The translations under genes were made by a program, and so were the position numbers. This document shows, piece after piece, positions 25,275 through 38,300 of a DNA stretch of 64,000 nt; the first letter of the stretch is position 1, and every line of letters starts with the position of its first letter. Source of the DNA: Phoronis australis (taxonomy: Eukaryota; Animalia; Phoronida); assembly GCA_002633005.1 (NCBI GenBank), contig NMRA01000036.1:186001-250000 (forward strand), read 5' to 3'. Under the pieces are notes generated by a model. It searched no databases, was not told where the DNA came from, and saw only the letters and a program-made list of their open reading frames with translations.

Positions 25275-26899
25275 AGTGACCTGAAAATGTCAGACACTGA
25301 CTCATAATTAAATCTGCATTCTCCCTGTTTAAGAATCAAAGCACTGTCTTGTAAACACACACCTTTCATCACAAACACTAATTTGATTTAGACCACTAGC
25401 CATTACGAAATTTATCTCATATTGGTCTCACATTCACCTGTTCCACCTACTTTACAGGGGAGTTCTTGGCTTGGATAGAGCTGACAGTTCATTGTTATGC
25501 AAGACCAGACAAGACGCTATTAATTAGTATGCTTTTCACAACGCCTGTTACATTTTCTAAGCCAAGCTTGGTTTCAAGCAACGATAGGGCGATTCCACAG
25601 TATTTTGCGAGTACTGGAGGGCAAAATTCAGAATAATTGTCTGTATTTACTTTTAAATTTGTTTCAGCCTTTTAATGCAAACACCAAACTTCTGATCTGC
25701 CTTAGGTTTGTAATTACCATGTTGCTAATCCAATACAACAGTATCTCGTAGTCGTTTGTTTCATTTTTCTCATAAAAAATAGAATGAGATAACCCAAACC
25801 CGGTTATATTCAGGATATAATACAATCGTAAGAATGTTCCAGGGCTGAAGATTATCAACAGACGTACAATTGTTAGCTGTTTATGTTTACTCTATATGTC
25901 TAATGTGAAATGTGTAAACAACAGAAGAACCAGACAAATTCAACATTTTTTCATGTTAAAAGTGGTGGCAATGAAGCATAACAGAGTTTTTTTTGCATTT
26001 TAACCTCCCTGAACAATTATGCTTTCCAATCATGATGGGATTTTATACAGTTACAACTAGTTACGCCAAACTCTTCTTCAGTTAAAATCCATGTGTAAGC
26101 ACTGCTTATTGAATTTGTTTAATGTATATGGAGATCCCTAAACTAAGTAAGTGAAAATGTAATCAGCAATCAGCGAGTCAATGTCCCGCTTTGGCGATGC
26201 CACTTGAAGTTGTGATTTCAGTTAGTAATTCACCAATATTTAAGAATGAAAGACCTAAGTTCATTAATTTTCTTCCTGAAAAACACTGTGAAGCTTATTT
26301 TGTCAAAATTTTAGGTTTGAAGTTTTTGTAAATTATATCCGAGATGTTTACCACAGCTATTTGACCAAATAGACCACAACATTGAACAAAGAACTAGTAA
26401 AAAAAGACAGTTTTACAAAGTCAAATTTTATCCAGAACGTGATGAACCTTGATGGTTCTCATTAGATAAAAGAATTTCTTTTTTGTGGCACTAGATGCTT
26501 TTTGTTGGTAAAGAGTATACCTTAATTTCCAATTTCATACCAAAGCTCTGAAGTTGGCAAGCTGTGATTTAGCATTCCCTTTGCCCGGCAAAATTATCTC
26601 ATTGGTGTGCGTAGCACCAATGAGCTAATTTTGTGATTCATTCATTCTGCTGAAAGTGGTATAAAGTTGCCTGGTATAAGAAACGAGTGTAATTTTTAAA
26701 GAACCACCTGTGTAAGCGTTCTATATGAGTAGGCCTATTTATATATCTTTCATCGGGGTGATATCTTCACCCGGCCCCGGCAGTCAGTTGCACAACCATA
26801 TTTCAGTGACACGATAAAAATATTCATCACAGACAAATCAACAAGAAACATATACAGTGTAGTTGGTAATTGTTCCAGTAAAAGTTCAAACATTACAAT

Positions 26900-27620
26900 G
26901 AACTAAGTGCCGACCCTTAAACTAGAGTCGAAGTGGTAATGGAAATACCTTCATACGGACTTGGCGGCTGTCGTTTGGAAGCGCTAGGCTTACTGTCAAA
27001 CCTTACAGAGTACGTATCGCCCTGTAGACCTACGTAACCAGTCACTTTCGTTAGCCCCTAAAACAAAATGATTATGTGCCTACCTCGGGCTCCACAATAC
27101 GCCCAAATCACTAGCATGAATTTCAACTTCAACCAACCCTTCTGTGTCACCCAGGTCTACGATCACATCGGATCTATAATACTATTTTTATCCATCGCAC
27201 ACTAGAAAACCGGTTTTCCAACTCCCTTTTGTTGTTGCTGCTATTTGTTCACAAGGTCAACGTTGGCAAGTGCTAGTGTGCGAAATTGCACGCGGAAAGC
27301 TCGCGCTCTCTCTCGCGCCTTTTAGCCGTACTAACTAATATTTTTGCATTTCAACGCGGGCTTTCACACCCCGGCATTCTGTGACTTTTACTACCTGTCC
27401 CCAGCGGTGGAAAGTCCTCTTCGCTAGCCTTCTACGTAGCGTTAGTTTTGGTACAATACCTCAATGCATCATTCGGACAAAAGAAAAATGACGCATGACT
27501 AGAGAAAACATAATAAGTTGAAGGACCGGTTTGGACGATAAAAATAGACCACTTGTCCTGGGTGGAAATCTGGCAGTGGTGAAGTCATTGGAATGGTGGA
27601 TTGTGTAAACGGCCGACAGG
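26900..27620. promoter_or_regulatory. Putative bidirectional promoter / non-coding first exons of genes A and B
   Basis: Most CpG-rich unique stretch seen (cgcgg, tcgcgc, acgcggg), centred between the divergent ATGs. Candidate donors point outward: minus strand at ~27084 (GAG|gtaggc) and ~26949, plus strand at 27619 (CAG|gtagga). Confidence 0.55.
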
Positions 27621-28267
27621 TAGGATAAAATGTTCAACATTTGGTTCAATACAGGTTCAATGGGCATGATATTGAATTATTGGAAATGCCACAAACTACC
27701 AATGGGAAAGGAGTCGATCTTTTTCCTTTATTCCACGACATAATTGTCACTCGAGTGGCTCCAGTAATTTATTCGATTACCATACTGATACTCGTGAAAA
27801 TCAACCGTGTGATATATCCAAATCAAGCTTGAGATTGTAGCATAGGTTTGGCTCACGAGTGAACGCCAAGGAGGTGCTACTGATTGAGAAGGTTTGCAAA
27901 CAGAACCAAGAGCTTCAAATAAAGAGTAAAGACGCTGATAGTTAGCTCAGTTAGTGAACTGTCACTATTGTACCTGGGATAGGGACACTTGAAGAAGTAC
28001 ATGCAGTTTCAGTCAGTGGGTGAAAATGAATGTGGCGAATTTATGGAGAACTTTGGTTCCTATGGCAGACAATATGGATTTCTTCTACGTACTTGAAATT
28101 ATTTTGACCATGGACTTTACTGCACTAGAACTCCATGTTGGCACTTCCACCAGATATTAAGAGCTAGGTGTTCTATTGTGTAACACTTAGCACTGGTGTT
28201 TTAAAGTGGTATGTTTGTGTGAAACTTGTTATTTTTTGTACAAGTGTACTGGTAAATGAGTCTTTAG

Positions 28268-28430
28268 CAGTGGCGGATTTAGAGGGGGGGGCCAAGGGGG
28301 CCATGTCCCCCCCCCCTAAAATTCTCCCAGATTCCATTTGTCAGTATGGGGGTGCAAATGTCTGACGGGCAAAATCCTGGCTAATATTCTGCCCTGGCCC
28401 CCCTTACTCAAAATCCTGGATCCGCCCCTG
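28268..28430. mobile_element. hAT-type MITE
   Basis: cagtggcggat...atccgcccctg TIRs with G/C-run subtermini; tttag on both flanks. Confidence 0.85.
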
Positions 28431-29265
28431 TTTAGGACTAGTAAGTGACACCTTTGTTGTGAATAGTAGTTTATTTAATACCTACTGACACAAAACATTT
28501 GATATTAATTCCTTGACCGTACTACACATGGTTGTGTTAAAATATGTAAGGATAAATTTAGGTGTCATTGCCGGGCATAAAAATAATTTCATTGATGCGC
28601 TGTGATTGCTAAACCACGGGCCAACAGGTCCATAACACTTGGAAGCAAAAAGGGACAAAAAACTAACATGGCCTACAGGCTCGGAAACTTAAGACCTGTT
28701 GGGTCAATTAACCCGTACCAAAATGATTCCTGGATATGAATAGCAAAACACGAGAATATTACTGACCAAGGATAGTTTCAATTGGAGTCAAAATCAACAA
28801 AGTTCATTCTCTAAACAAAGATCTGAAAGCCATTTTACAATTTAGCCTTACTGAAACACTTAATGCCTTTTGTGTAAACAGTGATTCAGTATAGCCACAT
28901 ATGGAGCAAGTCAAGAATGGAATTTAATTTTTCCAAATTTCTCAAGAAATATTATATTCAAAAAGTTTCACATTATTCATGTGTGTACAGCATTGTGCTG
29001 CATAAATGTGTACAAACAACCCAGCCAGGACAGGATTTTGAGCATTTGCAACAATGAATCAGTTTTTTAACCAAAAGCTGAAAGATTTTGAGCTTTTCTT
29101 ATTATTTAAGAACCTTTGCTTCAACAGTGTTCTACTGTCTGGTGTCAGGGTTAAAAATATAAATGGATGCGGTTTAAGTTTTGATATTGATGTGTGTTGT
29201 ATTTAATTGTTTTTGTAGGTAACCATTGATGTCTTTTTGTTTTAGATAAATTTTCTCTAAGAATC

Positions 29266-29329
29266 ATGGCCATTCTGTCGTCAATGGATCTCTACATCTT
29301 GGTTGGAGTGACTGTATTATTTCTGACAG
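29266..29329 (+). CDS. Gene B coding exon 1 (signal peptide)
   Basis: atcATGG context; MAILSSMDLYILVGVTVLFLT; phase-1 donor; upstream acceptors at 29218 and 29245. Confidence 0.8.
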
Positions 29330-32300
29330 GTAAATGATAATTAAAACATCTTTTAATCAGAATGACTTGATTTAACTGCACCCAACNATATCATTGGCCT
29401 AGACTTTAAACCATAGTAAGATTATATAGGAGACTTTAAAATGTCCAAATTTCGCTATCCATGGACTTGGTTGATTGGATTCATGTGAATCTTTCAGTTA
29501 CTTGTTCTCTAAAAAGCTATTAGGAAATGTCTTTAAAATGTTCCACTTTTGTATAAGGGGATATTAAAACCAGGACTTTTATAATGATTATCTTGAAAAC
29601 ATGCAGTTGCATAAAACAAAAACGAAATGATATTTTAGAAAACTGTAACAGCGTTTTTGAGATCTCATCTTGAAACTTTCTAACAAATAAAATTTACTAT
29701 CGATACCAAGAATGTACCTTTATATTTATAACAAAAAGGAAAGGTAACATGACCCAATCAATGACAGAATGATACAAAGCCAAAAATTAAATTCTACAGG
29801 CTTTGTACTTTCTGAAAATACATACCGGTTCTTTTACTGTGTTAAAATCTATAGTTTTGTCGATATTTGACTAAATACACAGACTCATTATGGTCCTACA
29901 TAACTTGTAATTGAGCTCCAGCGAGCAACTCTGTTCAACTCCAAGATAAAACTCCTGTGTGTCTTGTAAATATCAAATGGTAAAAATTTTGTTTATTTCA
30001 GACAAATAGTATTTCACTTGTTATATATATTTATATGAGTATTAGGACTGCTCTATCTAACACTAACTTATTTCCTCAATTGGGACCGGTCAACTCATTC
30101 TTTTGTGCAGGTCTACATGTCGTTTATTCCCAGCCTTCTAATTGGTCTATGCTATCAGGGATCTTAAGTTTGGTCAGCTCCCGGCTCTCACAGGCTGATG
30201 ACTGTCACATGTCTGTGCGAATTTCATTTGTTTGTATTTCACATGTTTCAGTTTCATTTCCCTGTGTCAGTTACAAAGATGTACGTGTCAATTTTACCCA
30301 CCCACTACCTCCTTTTGGCACCTTTTCGTACCTCTGTGTTGCGCTTTTTTATTACCCATCTTACCAGAGATTGTTATGTTTTACATAATGTATCTCATTT
30401 CCTCCCTATATTCTTTGTATTTGTATTTGTATTCTATCATAATAAATGACTTTATTTTGCCAACTTTGTCCTTTCCATCTTTGGTAACAACCTTTGGATG
30501 TACCGGGGTACGTATTTTACTCAGGACATATGCTGAACTTGAAAATAATTGCTCTTTATTGATTTTTCAAAGGCTTCCAACATTGTTGTGACTCTCTACA
30601 AGTTTTACAAAACTTGTCTGATGGTAGCTGTGGTACAAATAGTGAACATGGTAAAGGATTTAATTTGGTGCTGCATATGTTGGAATCAAAAAATGATAAC
30701 TGAAATTACACTTTTCGGTCATATTGCGTCTTAAGTAAGTGACACTTTTCTGTACTATATCCGTAATACTATGTGCATTCAGTTATTTTTCTTTGTATAT
30801 CTACAAATCTCTGGAAAACATCAAATATATGAGCTCCATTAGAACCTTTCTTATCATTCATCAACTAATTTGCATTTATAGTCATCAATAAATTTCATTT
30901 ACAATTTTTCTTGAACTTGTTTTTTGTTTTGTTTTGTTGATAAGGAAAAAGTTGACATCTGTTTAGCCAATAAAACAGCCAGCTGTGACACCGCATTTGT
31001 ATGTTAAAATCTCAACAATTTAGAACAAAAGAATTTGCATTTTTTTCGTTGACAGTAGTTGCACACTAAGCCAATGCTTTTCCATTTTCGTGCTCTGTTC
31101 AGCAGCTACCACCAGGCAATAGTTTGAAATCATGGGCATTCACAGCTGTGTTAGAAGCTTGTGAAAAATGAAAATGAGCAATTTTGGCTCTGGTGCAGTC
31201 ATTTTTTTGATGTTGCTAAACTAATGTTGTGAATCTTGTTTGTTTGTTTGTTTCCAGGGTCCGTCAAAAGTCAAGTCAATCAGCAGCCTGTCTGGATTGA
31301 ATCCCTGAAAAACAAGCTACAGGTGGAAGGCCTGAAGGAAGATACGCCAACAGGTAAGGAGGGGCTAACTGGACCGTTCGTCTGCTGCCTGGGTTTAAGG
31401 TCTAAAATTATAATATTTGAAATTACTTTGCACCTTGTGTGTACTGCTTTAGTACAAACTCAAGTAAACACTTGAGATTTCGAGCGATTCGGAATTTTGA
31501 GCTCAGATTCGAACTTGTAGCTATAATGCTGGGGTCATCAAGTGCAAACGGGCTGGACAGCCATCCAGGTAAACCATACAGTATGTGGCAACAGAATAGT
31601 AGATCTTGAGTTCATTTTAGAGTAGAATGGGAAATGTCAAAGAATATTTTGAGTCTGATTTCGTGAATATATATTAAAATAGACCTGGGAAGATGTGCCG
31701 TATGATCCACTGTCCAACAAATATTTAGCGCTCATAGGATGTCTGATCATCTTTTCAAGTGCCCTTAATCCCCACTGCAGAGCTGCTCCCTTACCATGAG
31801 AAGTTTAAGTCCCAATTATGGAAAGAAAATGTAGTTATGAGTCCTGTTTGCTCTTGGCCAGGGTATTGATGTTCTGCGCGTTGCCTGTTATACTTACAAG
31901 AATGGCAAATGCTATCAGTTACTCCTAAATGTTTGACTTACACCTTTGTAAACTGGTTTTTTATGCAGCTGATATGCCCTCTAATTCAGAAGTCCTGGAC
32001 GCCTTCTTTTAAGACATTCAGACATCAACACATACTGTAGAAATGTTGGATTTAGTAACAGTTATTGGGACCTTAATTTGTAAGATTTCCCATTGACAAA
32101 ATTGGAAGTTTTGAATTCACTTTTTTGGTCCTGTGCAGTGCAACACATGACTTGAATTATGAATTGGCATAAAGTTTGGTTGTTCTTTTTTGTCTTCTTT
32201 GACAAAGTATGGTGGAATTGGATTAGGCACAAGTTTCCCAGTTTCCAGCCTCTCAAATAACCGTATTTTTTGTTGTGGTAATCATTGTTATCATTGTTCA

Positions 32301-35300
32301 TCATCATCATCATCGTCAACATCAGAGTCATTATCATCATTATCTTTATTGTCATCATCATTATCATTGTCATTTTTATTGTCATCATCATCATCATCAT
32401 CATCATCAAAATCAATATCACTGCCAGCGTCCCACCATCACCATGACAATAACTGCTATCATCATTGTCATCATCATTGTTGTCATTATCACCTCCACCA
32501 TCATTTCTGTGACATAACTGTCAGTATATTCATTTCCAAGTTAATTTGAGTTGTTAAAACAATACCTTTCTAATGGCACTGTCTTGTGTCAACTTGTTGT
32601 TATTTAGGCACAGTAATTGGAACCCTGTTGGCAAGAGACCCAGAAGGTGAAACTGTGAGATACTATTCTGCGTCCCCCTTCTTTAGTGTTGAAGACTTAA
32701 CAGGCAAGGTTACATTGATCAAGGAGTTGAATTATGATGTGGTAAGTTTTAGAGTCCAATATAGTCAAAAAACCAATTTTTGCTTCTTTGAGATCACATG
32801 TTCTATGGTAAAAATTTTAAGTTAGGGCGGCCTCAGTCTACTTTGAGACGGAACAACTTGCCAGAAACAGTTGAACTTTTCACAATTGTTACTTTGGATT
32901 TGATGGAAGGTGATGGCATTTCCAAACTTTCACAGCCACTGTTAATCAACATTCTAATGATAGTGTTATTAATGAGTAGTTGTTTCTTATTGGTTGTGAA
33001 AAAAGAAACTAACTACTTATCAACTCTATCAACCTTATGAAACTATTTATTGATAGTGTTATTTGTTTGTAAATTATGGGCATGATGCCTTATGTTTAGA
33101 GAGACCTTTCCTCCCTACCAAAAACTCCTTTAAAGACACAAAGTTTGTGTAAACGAAGGACTACTACCGAACTATACTGATCCCTACCAGAAATGATGAT
33201 CACGAAGTACACTCGTCTGACCTCCATTATAGAGACAATTTGTGGATCTGTATTGGAGAGATTGAATTTCACTAAGTGGCGTTCAGTGTATAAAAGCACG
33301 CACTGAGATTGTCAAATGGAACCTTTAGCTCGCATACAGGAGAATAGATTCCTGGTCTTGGCAAAACCCTATGAATAATAATTATCAGTATCCCACTTGG
33401 CTGTTTGACTTGATTGTTTAAATTTGAAATTAATGTGACAAAAAATAAATGGTCACTGTATTTATTTTCAGCCTGATCCTAATGTAGAAGTCCAATTCGT
33501 AGCTATAGCAGGGGGCCAAAGGGTAGGTAATTCTGTTGATCTTTTACTGATTAGAGTCTTGATAAAATGCTCATGAGTCTATATATATACTTAGAATGAA
33601 GCATATAGACCACTCAGGATCTGTTTATGTGTATATTCATTGTATGGTGAGATACTTGACTGGTTTGAGCTGAGAAGTGCAGAATAGATTTTCATCAAAA
33701 GAAACAAAATTAGTGTCAAAATTCATCTGAAAATATGAAACAAAGCTGTTCAAATTGTTGGAAAATTTACATTATAAAATTAGCACACAAAGCAGTAGCA
33801 GTATCTCAAGAAAAAGTTTCTAATGATGAGATTTCCTTTGTTGAAAAATATGAATTAATCCTTGTTAAAGATCATTGCAGGAGTGTAATTTTAAACTCAT
33901 AAGGTAGTTACAGTTTGAACCTCTATATTATCCCTCTTTAAAATTGACCAATCACATTATATGAAATTTTACCCTTTTCTTATGCCAAATATGCCATCCA
34001 ATTGGTTAATATTTGAGTCCAGTCTTGTGTACAGCCGAGAAGACAATCTTGCTCCAAGTTCATTATTCTCCAGTAGACTCTGTTGTTTGATGCAAAATTC
34101 CCCAATTAGGTAATACCATTCAAAACAGAACTGTAGTGGGATGGCATTTTTGATTGTGATACTGGTATTTCATATAGCAGCACACCTTTCAAAACTGGTG
34201 TGAATAGTCATTTCTGGAATGTTCATGATCCCAGTGCATTCATTCTGTTGATAGATTGACGCCAACTACAAACTCATTGTACACGATGTGAATGATAATC
34301 CTCCAGTTTTCTATGGACCGTTCAACGCAGCCATTCAAGAGGTAAACGTATATTTTACTTGTATTTAACTTGTCTTGTCTAAGTCCGAAACAGTGCTCAC
34401 TAGGTCAAGTGAAAATATGTTTCAAACTGGTATAGATCAATTTGTGGGACCAAATCTTAACACGAGAGCAATCAATAAACTCCGTTTTGTCCATACTGTT
34501 GTGATATGTAACAAGTACAATCCTAAAGTATTTAGACAAAATGACCTGTAACTCCCCATCCTGATGGTAGGTGGAATCGGAATGCATCATCACAATAGTT
34601 TTTCCTCATGACTGAGAATGAAGGGAAATAAACTAAGAAATTTTGCAATAGTTATAGCTAGCCATTTTTTGCTGTCATCCTTGTCCATCCGGCATCTGGT
34701 GTCCGCTGCTCTAATTATAAAACCCTTTGATGTATGTTCATGAAATTTTGGACATATTGTCCTTTAATAGATGGGACAGTGTGAGTGAATTTTTAGATGG
34801 ATCCGACAACCGCTGTGCCCCTTAGTGGCAATTTTAGTTTTTTACGTTTACCTCAGTCTCTGTATCTTCAAACTTAGGTGCTCAACAGAATTTCATAAAA
34901 TATGTACTTGTAATTGAGATGATACTTACTACTTTCCTGTTTTCTGATAGATTCAAGGCATTTTTGCCACTTAGTGGCCATTTTTACTGTTTTAGAGTCT
35001 GTTCCTGTATTGACCTAACCACTCCAAGGCTGATTGTGCAAATTGATTGGCATATATGTTCCTACTGTGAAGAGGACGGCTGACAATGATTTTCAGACAA
35101 CTTTGACTACTGTGGCACCTCCTAGTAGCAGTTTTTTTTTCTGCACCCTAGGCTGTATTTTCTAAACCCTCTGCAGGATCTTTATTAAACTTAGCAAGTG
35201 CCAAAGTTGACAACGAACGGCAACGACTTTCAGACGGATCCAACGAACGCTGTGCTCCCTAGTGGCAAATTCATTTTTTCCATTTTCCTCTGTTGTGATG

Positions 35301-38300
35301 GGGAAACAGTGTTTTGTTTGAATACTTTTGTCTTGTATTACAGAATCTAGGGCTTAAACTCTAGACCATGCTGGATAATTGCTTTGAAATCTACTGCAGA
35401 TTGATGATAACTGGGTCGTTGAAAATATAAATGAGCTTGTTATTGTCATGGTTCTGTAGTCTGTATGATGTATACGTCTGAATATGAATATGAAAATTAC
35501 AACACAAGTCAAAAGTAATCAGACAAAATGCCATTTCCCCGTCATGACGACTAATTACGTTAAGAGCAAAAATGATTGGAAAAAACTATTGTTGGGGCTA
35601 AATGTATAATTACAGAAAGGGTTAGCCACCTCACTATCTTTCTTGTTAACTCACCTTCATTCTGGGTCACAAAGGGAAATCACTCTGACTTTTAATTTTA
35701 GCTTCTAATTAGCCGTCATAACGGAGAATTCCGGGTCATTTTGTCTGAATATTGTTGGCATGTACTGTGCAGTATGGACGTGCACCCTATTCTCACTTGC
35801 TGTGGCCCTGCTATTGGGTGATAAATAATTTCATCGCTGCATCTTATTGGATCAGTTACTGGTCAACATTATCCATTCTGTTATTATCCCTCAAATGGCT
35901 TCTAAGCGACTAGGCTATGGGAATATACGTTTATTTTGCATATTATGTTCTCCTCAAGTGACAAATAAACGTACAAGCTTGACAGTGAAAGGGACATTGC
36001 AGGAAACCCCACCACCGTGAAAGCAATCCCCTGTCTTGTGCTCAGGCTTGTTTTGTTTGTCATTAAAGGTACACTTCCAGTGTTAATGCAATCAAAAATA
36101 TGATTTGTAAAATATACCTGGATGTTGAACCCCTTTAACCAACAGGACAGCTGACCAACGCATTCTATAAAATTAATGGGTGCTCATTTTATGACATCTA
36201 ATCAAATGTGTTGCTGTCCAGTTGTCCCTCAAACTGACTGCTGGACAATGAGAAGCATTTTGTTTGACAAAATTAAGCTTTTGTATATCATCTTTGTTCA
36301 CGATCAAATCCTCTGGACCCTGGCATGATCTCAAGAGATATCATTGTTTGGTTGGTTGGTTGTCATGTGTTTTCCCTCTGTGTCAATTTTCCGCTTTGCT
36401 TTGATATTGCTTTATTCCTTGAGTCATTTGTTCCTATTTTCTAGTATTCACAGCAGCTTGGAATGGTATAGTATGATTGTCTTTTGTTTGCAAATAATTT
36501 GAACACCAAATAAAGTAAAGTTTTGTCATGTGCTGGTAACACTAATAAGTTTCAAACAATATTAAAATTTAGTCTTTTTTAAAGTTATATTTTTTATTTC
36601 ATCTGAACTGGTGTTGCTATGCATTAAAGGAACAAATATTGATATATTGTTCTTTGTGTATCTTTTATTTTATTTTATTTGGTGTCTCTGTTCATATTTT
36701 GTAGTCATTAATAACATATATTTTGGTGTGGTGTTTTGCCGATTTTGATATTTCTTTAGATGTGTTTTAAAATTTCCGCGTGCTGAGTGGTACTACTTTG
36801 GTTTTGAGTGTTGTTTTGGGAAGGCAAATCAAGTTCACACTCTGATTCAGTATTGTCTTCATTGTGGGCATTGCATGTTGAACAGACTAACAACTTTTAA
36901 TTTAAAGTGCATGCATGCATGTTTTTGGAAATTTTAGTTGGTTTCTCCCTGACATCCGCTGGGATTTTGAATTAAGATTTTTGCTGGTCGGTGAATTTCT
37001 TTTGCTGGTTGGTGAATTTTTTTGCCATTTTGTATTTTATCTTGCAGGCATGTCAGACATTTGACTGTGTAACTGTTTATTGTTTATATTAAATTTTCAT
37101 ATTGTTGAGAAATGAGCAAATTGGCAATGTCACTCCAACTTTTTTGCGAGAAATGCGAGGTCACGTAAGACCAAGCAAAGTCATTGAAGTGAAAGACGAG
37201 TGTTTCTCAAGAATGCTTGAGACCTTACTAGGGTAACCTTGCAAAAAGGCAGCCACTGTTAGAAGTGATTGGTTGGCGATGTTGGAATGTTGAATTATGG
37301 GACACATTCCATTAATTATGGGATAGAATTCCGTTTCCTTGATTTTGTAAGCCAAGATTTATTGCTGTAATCGCTTATATTTTCTAGTCTACAAAATTTT
37401 GCTCTGGTAAAATTTGCTGGTCATTTTCATTTTAAAAAGTTGAAACTGATCTTTCCAATATTTCACTGTAGGTTTTTTGTTTTTATGTCATCAACATGCT
37501 TATCATCAATTTGTACACTGTTCAATTAAAATAATTATTTCTGTTTGAACTCAGGAGATGTGAAGTGTTTCCATCTTGTAGATCTATTCTGACATTCCTT
37601 GTCTGTTTTTTTCTGACCTATCTTGACAACACTAGTACTACCAAGAAATTAGTCTAATTCTAATTTAAACCATACTATATGACTTGTATTTCCGTGTTTT
37701 GAGCAAATTGATGTTTATGTTGTTTTTTGTTACAAAAAATGCTTTTGTGGTATAGACTCAATAGACCTGCGTCCTAGATGTGGTGAAGTAATCTGGACTC
37801 GAAATATTGAAAAAAAGTTTGCTCTGAGCTAATTCTTTCTGTGGCAGAATGTCAATATTTCACTAATTGTTACCTCAAACGTTTTGCTTTGTAATTCTTT
37901 ATTCAAGTTGAAAAATCCTTTAGTTTTGAAAATCAGTTTTTTGAAAGTAACTTTGAACAATTTTTCAAAAGTGCATGTCTCTGCATATCCTCTATGTGCG
38001 CAAAATGTGGAGTTTCAATGTTGTTCTGTCATTATTCTCATTTGATTTATCAGGGTGCTTCACCAGGTTCATTTGTTTATGGCAACGTCCGGGTGAGTGA
38101 TTTAGATGGAGGTGGAAATAACATCGTGGATTTGAGCTGCTATGTCACCCCTACAGATCTGCCATATCAATCCCGAGCAGAGGTAACGTAGACAATGTAA
38201 TAGTATTATATTTAAACCTACAATTGTGGAGAAATTAAATTAGTTATCTAACAAAGAAATTTTTGGTGTAGTGAGAGCATGAAAAGGGGCTTTAAAGTTT

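Noticed and set aside
29387-29387. Single ambiguous base n
   Set aside because: Assembly ambiguity or join in an intron; no biological meaning can be inferred, though continuity across it should be verified
30035-30734. Four overlapping ORFs of 61-119 aa
   Set aside because: T-rich low-complexity sequence ending near an aataaa (likely a retroelement tail); no domain motif; gene B exons 1 and 2 join in phase without it
32062-32549. Poly-Met/Ser/His ORFs
   Set aside because: Translations of a (CAT)n microsatellite in three frames; not needed for the exon chain
33190-33310. Possible intronic C/D snoRNA (atgatga ... ctga)
   Set aside because: No terminal stem, no recognisable rRNA/snRNA antisense element, and such boxes occur by chance in AT-rich DNA
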